Shown one piece after another: positions 42,917-45,593 of a stretch of DNA of 45,593 nt; the first letter of the stretch is position 1, and the number at the start of each line of letters is the position of its first letter. This DNA is from a virus. The stretch lies in the IMG/VR virus record IMGVR_UViG_3300045988_022876. One strand, 5' to 3'. The position numbers were made by a program, and so were the translations under genes. Below the pieces are notes generated by a model. The model saw nothing but the letters and a program-made list of their open reading frames with translations, ran no database searches and was not told where the DNA came from.

Positions 42917-43750
42917 ATGGGAGAAATCGTAAAAGGATATAAGGTTTTTAATCCAGATTGGACATGCAGTCCAAATGGAAATACAAAGAAGTACACATGT
43001 CCAGGTAAATTCGAGGAAGATATAACACCGGTAAGATGTGGATACGGGATGCACTTTTGTAGAAAAGCATCAGACTGTTTTAATTACTATAATTTTGATT
43101 TGAAAAATAAAGTAGCAGAAGTTATAGCATACGGAGATATTGTAGAAGAGGGCGATAAGTGTTGCACGAATAAGTTAGAGATCGTAAGAGAGATTCCGTG
43201 GCAGGAGCTTTTGACTATAGTAAACACTGGAAAAGGTTGCACAGGACTTAAGAACACCGGGAACAGGAACACCGGGAACAGGAACACCGGGAACTGGAAC
43301 ACCGGGAACTGTAACACCGGGAACTGTAACACCGGGAACAGGAACACCGGGAACAGGAACACCGGGAACTGTAACACCGGGGACTGGAACAAATCTTCTT
43401 TCAATACTGGTTGTTTTAATACAGAAGAACAGAAGATCATGCTGTTCAATAAACCGTCAGATATGACTTATAACGATTGGTTGAGATCAGATGCAAGATA
43501 TTTACTGAATCAGATACCAAAAGACGTTGTTGAATGGGTGGACGAAGAAGATATAACCGATGAAGAAAAGGAAACATATCCAACCTATAAGACAACAGGT
43601 GGTTATCTCAAAGTGCTTGATGAATCTGAATGTGGTCAGATATGGTGGGACAGCCTGTCAGAATATCAGAAAAATATCATCAAATCAATACCAAACTTTG
43701 ATGCTGAAATTTTTGAACAGTGTACAGGGATTAAGGTAGTAAAGGAGTAG
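42917..43750 (+). CDS. NTGNx pentapeptide-repeat phage protein
   Basis: Nine consecutive NTGN[RWC] units in the middle of a 277-aa ORF. Confidence 0.75.
   Translation: MGEIVKGYKVFNPDWTCSPNGNTKKYTCPGKFEEDITPVRCGYGMHFCRKASDCFNYYNFDLKNKVAEVIAYGDIVEEGDKCCTNKLEIVREIPWQELLTIVNTGKGCTGLKNTGNRNTGNRNTGNWNTGNCNTGNCNTGNRNTGNRNTGNCNTGDWNKSSFNTGCFNTEEQKIMLFNKPSDMTYNDWLRSDARYLLNQIPKDVVEWVDEEDITDEEKETYPTYKTTGGYLKVLDESECGQIWWDSLSEYQKNIIKSIPNFDAEIFEQCTGIKVVKE
43253..43387. repeat. 9 x 15-bp in-frame tandem repeat aacaccgggaacNNN
   Basis: Units start at 43253 and recur every 15 bp. Only the last 3-4 nt of each unit vary. Confidence 0.95.
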
Positions 43751-43778
43751 CCATGAATACAGGAGAAAATGAGGTGAA

Positions 43779-44117
43779 ATGATGGAATCAGAATGCCTTA
43801 CGTGTAAAAAACATTATTCGCAAGGTGGTGATTGTTTGGAACATAAACGGAATTGCCTTTATTACGAAAAAGAGCCAAGAGGAAAAATGATGCGGACTAC
43901 ATTTTCGTTCGAGATGAAATCTGATGCCGAGAATACTCTCATTAAACAGGGTGAGAAGTTGATTATTGATGATCGTTATAAAGAAATCGAAATAACTATT
44001 ATCAAAATTAACTGGGTAGATATGGAGAATATGGTTTGCAATGTGACTGGGAAATATCACGAAAATGAAGAACCAATGCATGAAAGAAAAAAGAAATTTA
44101 GGGTTGTAAGAAAATAA
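43779..44117 (+). CDS. Hypothetical protein
   Basis: GAGGTG SD, 112 aa. Confidence 0.65.
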   Translation: MMESECLTCKKHYSQGGDCLEHKRNCLYYEKEPRGKMMRTTFSFEMKSDAENTLIKQGEKLIIDDRYKEIEITIIKINWVDMENMVCNVTGKYHENEEPMHERKKKFRVVRK

Positions 44118-44176
44118 AAACAGAAAGGAGCAGGAGATTTGTGCGCACAGAAAAGATATCTTTGCTCTGAGTAAGA

Positions 44177-45321
44177 ATGGATTTAGAACAAAAAGCAATA
44201 AAAAGGATTCAGGCTGCATCAGAAATGAGCTTATACCACTACGGTAAGCCACTTGTATGTACTTATTCCGGCGGGAAAGACTCGGATGCGATGCTTGAAT
44301 TATTCAGAAGGGGGGCATACCGTTTGAAGTTCACAACAGCCATACGACAGCGGATGCCCCACAGACAATAAGACACATTAGAGATGTGTTTAAAAAACTG
44401 GAAATGGATGGCATTAAATGCACGATTGAGATGCCGGCATATAAGGGAGAAAGAACGAGTATGTGGAAATTGATTCCACAGAAGCTAATGCCACCAACAC
44501 GAATAGTACGATTTTGTTGTGCGGTTCTGAAGGAAACAGGTTGTGCGAATAGATTTATCGCTACTGGTGTGAGATGGGATGAAAGTAGACAAAGGAAAGA
44601 TAGAGAAGAATTTGAAAAATTAGGAGCTACGAAAGCCACAAAAGAAAAATTCACATCGGTAATGCTAATGAATGATAACGATTCACGCCGGAGAATGAAT
44701 GAACACTGTATGCAGAAAAAGAAAATGGTTGTCAATCCAATTATTGACTGGAAAGATTCGGATGTGTGGGAATATATAAATTCGGAAAACATTTCGACTT
44801 GCGAACTGTATCAGTGCGGATATGATCGTGTTGGTTGCATTGGTTGTCCGATGGCTGGAAAGAAAAGATACAAAGAATTTGCTGATTTCCCAAAATATAA
44901 AAATTTGTATATCCATGCATTTGACCGGATGGTTAAAGAAAGAAAATCAAGAGGTTTACCGTGCCGATGGAAAAACGGTAACGATGTTTTTTATGGTGGA
45001 TGGATGATGAAAATATTGAGGGACAAATGGATATATTTGATTTCATCGGAGGTAATACGCATGACTAAAGAAGAATTTATAAGAACTGTACAGATATGCG
45101 GATACGGCACGAAAAACGGAGCAAAGAAGTATGTAGAACTGAATCCGAAAGAGCAATACGGAACAGAAGATTTGATTGCCTTGCATGAAGGGAATATGCA
45201 CTGGCAAGGAATCAGCGGAGACAAAGGACTTGGATATGCTTATGGAGTGAATGGCAAGACCACAGCTTACAGCAATGGGATTTTCGGAAATTCTGGAAGT
45301 AGGCAAGATTGGGGGATGTGA
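44177..45321 (+). pseudogene. PAPS-reductase-family PP-loop protein, split by a frameshift at a G6 run
   Basis: VCTYSGGKDSDAM in the frame of 44177. The family-typical continuation GIPFEVHNSHTTADAPQT... lies in the -1 frame, open from 44299. G6 is at 44310-44315. Confidence 0.75.
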
Positions 45322-45357
45322 TGAAAGATTTAATTTTGAAAAGCGAGGTGATGCCTT

Positions 45358-45593
45358 ATGCAGAAACAGTTAATCATTGATTGTTTCGCTGGTTGAGGTG
45401 GCGGAGGGGCATCCGTAGGAATTGAAATGGCACTCGGCAGGCCGGTAGACATAGCCATTAACCACGATCCAGATGCTATATTGATGCACAAAACAAATCA
45501 TCCGGACACACTACATCTGACAGAGGATATTTTTAAGGTTAATTTGAAGAAATATGTAAAAGGACAGCATGTGGCTCTTATGTGGGCGAGTCC
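45358..45593 (+). CDS. 5' part of the C5-MTase gene with an in-frame TGA (45394-45396) in motif I
   Basis: GAGGTG SD then ATG 45358. MQKQLIIDCFAG-TGA-GGGGASVGIEMALGRPVDIAINHD, in phase with 1-1260. Confidence 0.7.
45475..45593. repeat. Terminal direct repeat, copy 2
   Basis: Identical to 1-119. Confidence 0.95.

Larger units (their letters stand above)
1..45593. mobile_element. Complete circularly closed temperate siphovirus-type phage genome (unit length 45,474 bp)
   Basis: All phage modules are present in one orientation (terminase, portal, head, tail, lysis, lysogeny switch, recombination/replication). The two 119-bp ends are identical. Confidence 0.85.

Noticed and set aside
43253-43387. 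CRISPR array
   Set aside because: The repeats are contiguous 15-mers with no spacers, and they are in-frame inside a CDS.

Overview
This window is one complete, circularly closed genome of a temperate siphovirus-type phage from a Gram-positive (Clostridia/Bacilli-like) host. Bases 1-119 are identical to 45475-45593, so the unit is 45,474 bp, and the contig was cut inside a DNA cytosine-5 methyltransferase (C5-MTase) gene. Nearly all genes are on the + strand and have strong GGAGG-type Shine-Dalgarno (SD) sites.

Gene order:
- C5-MTase 3' part and a radical-SAM gene (0-2.2 kb).
- Small early genes (2.2-5.7 kb).
- A large serine recombinase bracketed by inverted repeats (5.7-7.2 kb).
- A consensus-promoter operon of three small acidic proteins plus an AbrB-type regulator (7.3-8.2 kb).
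- DUF4417 and two MGGRGG paralogues (8.3-9.8 kb).
- TerS, TerL, portal and head-morphogenesis protein (10.5-15.0 kb).
- A 4.4-kb accessory island of low-complexity, membrane, BclA/C1q-like and ferritin-like proteins (15.0-19.05 kb).
- A 405-nt structured non-coding locus with a tRNA-like element (19.05-19.46 kb).
- Scaffold, capsid, connectors, tail, tape measure and tail tip/fibre (19.5-32.5 kb).
- Holin and a GH25/Cpl-7/LysM endolysin (33.0-34.4 kb).
- A minus-strand moron, then two tandem repressor/operator switches with an antirepressor and a LexA (Cheo) box promoter (34.4-37.6 kb).
- Erf, RusA and replisome-organizer genes with an iteron-like origin (38.5-42.3 kb).
- An NTGNx repeat protein (42.9-43.8 kb).
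- A PAPS-reductase-like PP-loop gene just upstream of the MTase (44.2-45.3 kb).

Most worth a second look:
1. The PP-loop / C5-MTase / radical-SAM operon that spans the junction. Two adjacent genes are interrupted: a G6 frameshift, and an in-frame TGA in SAM-binding motif I.
2. The accessory island inside the head module, and the tRNA-like/anti-SD RNA locus with a tiny antisense hydrophobic ORF.
3. The recombinase cassette bracketed by 22-bp inverted repeats.
4. A covarying hairpin leader repeated in front of four late genes.
5. A LexA-box promoter firing into the 3' end of a repressor gene.
6. An acr/aca-like operon.

All family calls come from motifs read by eye. No database search was run.
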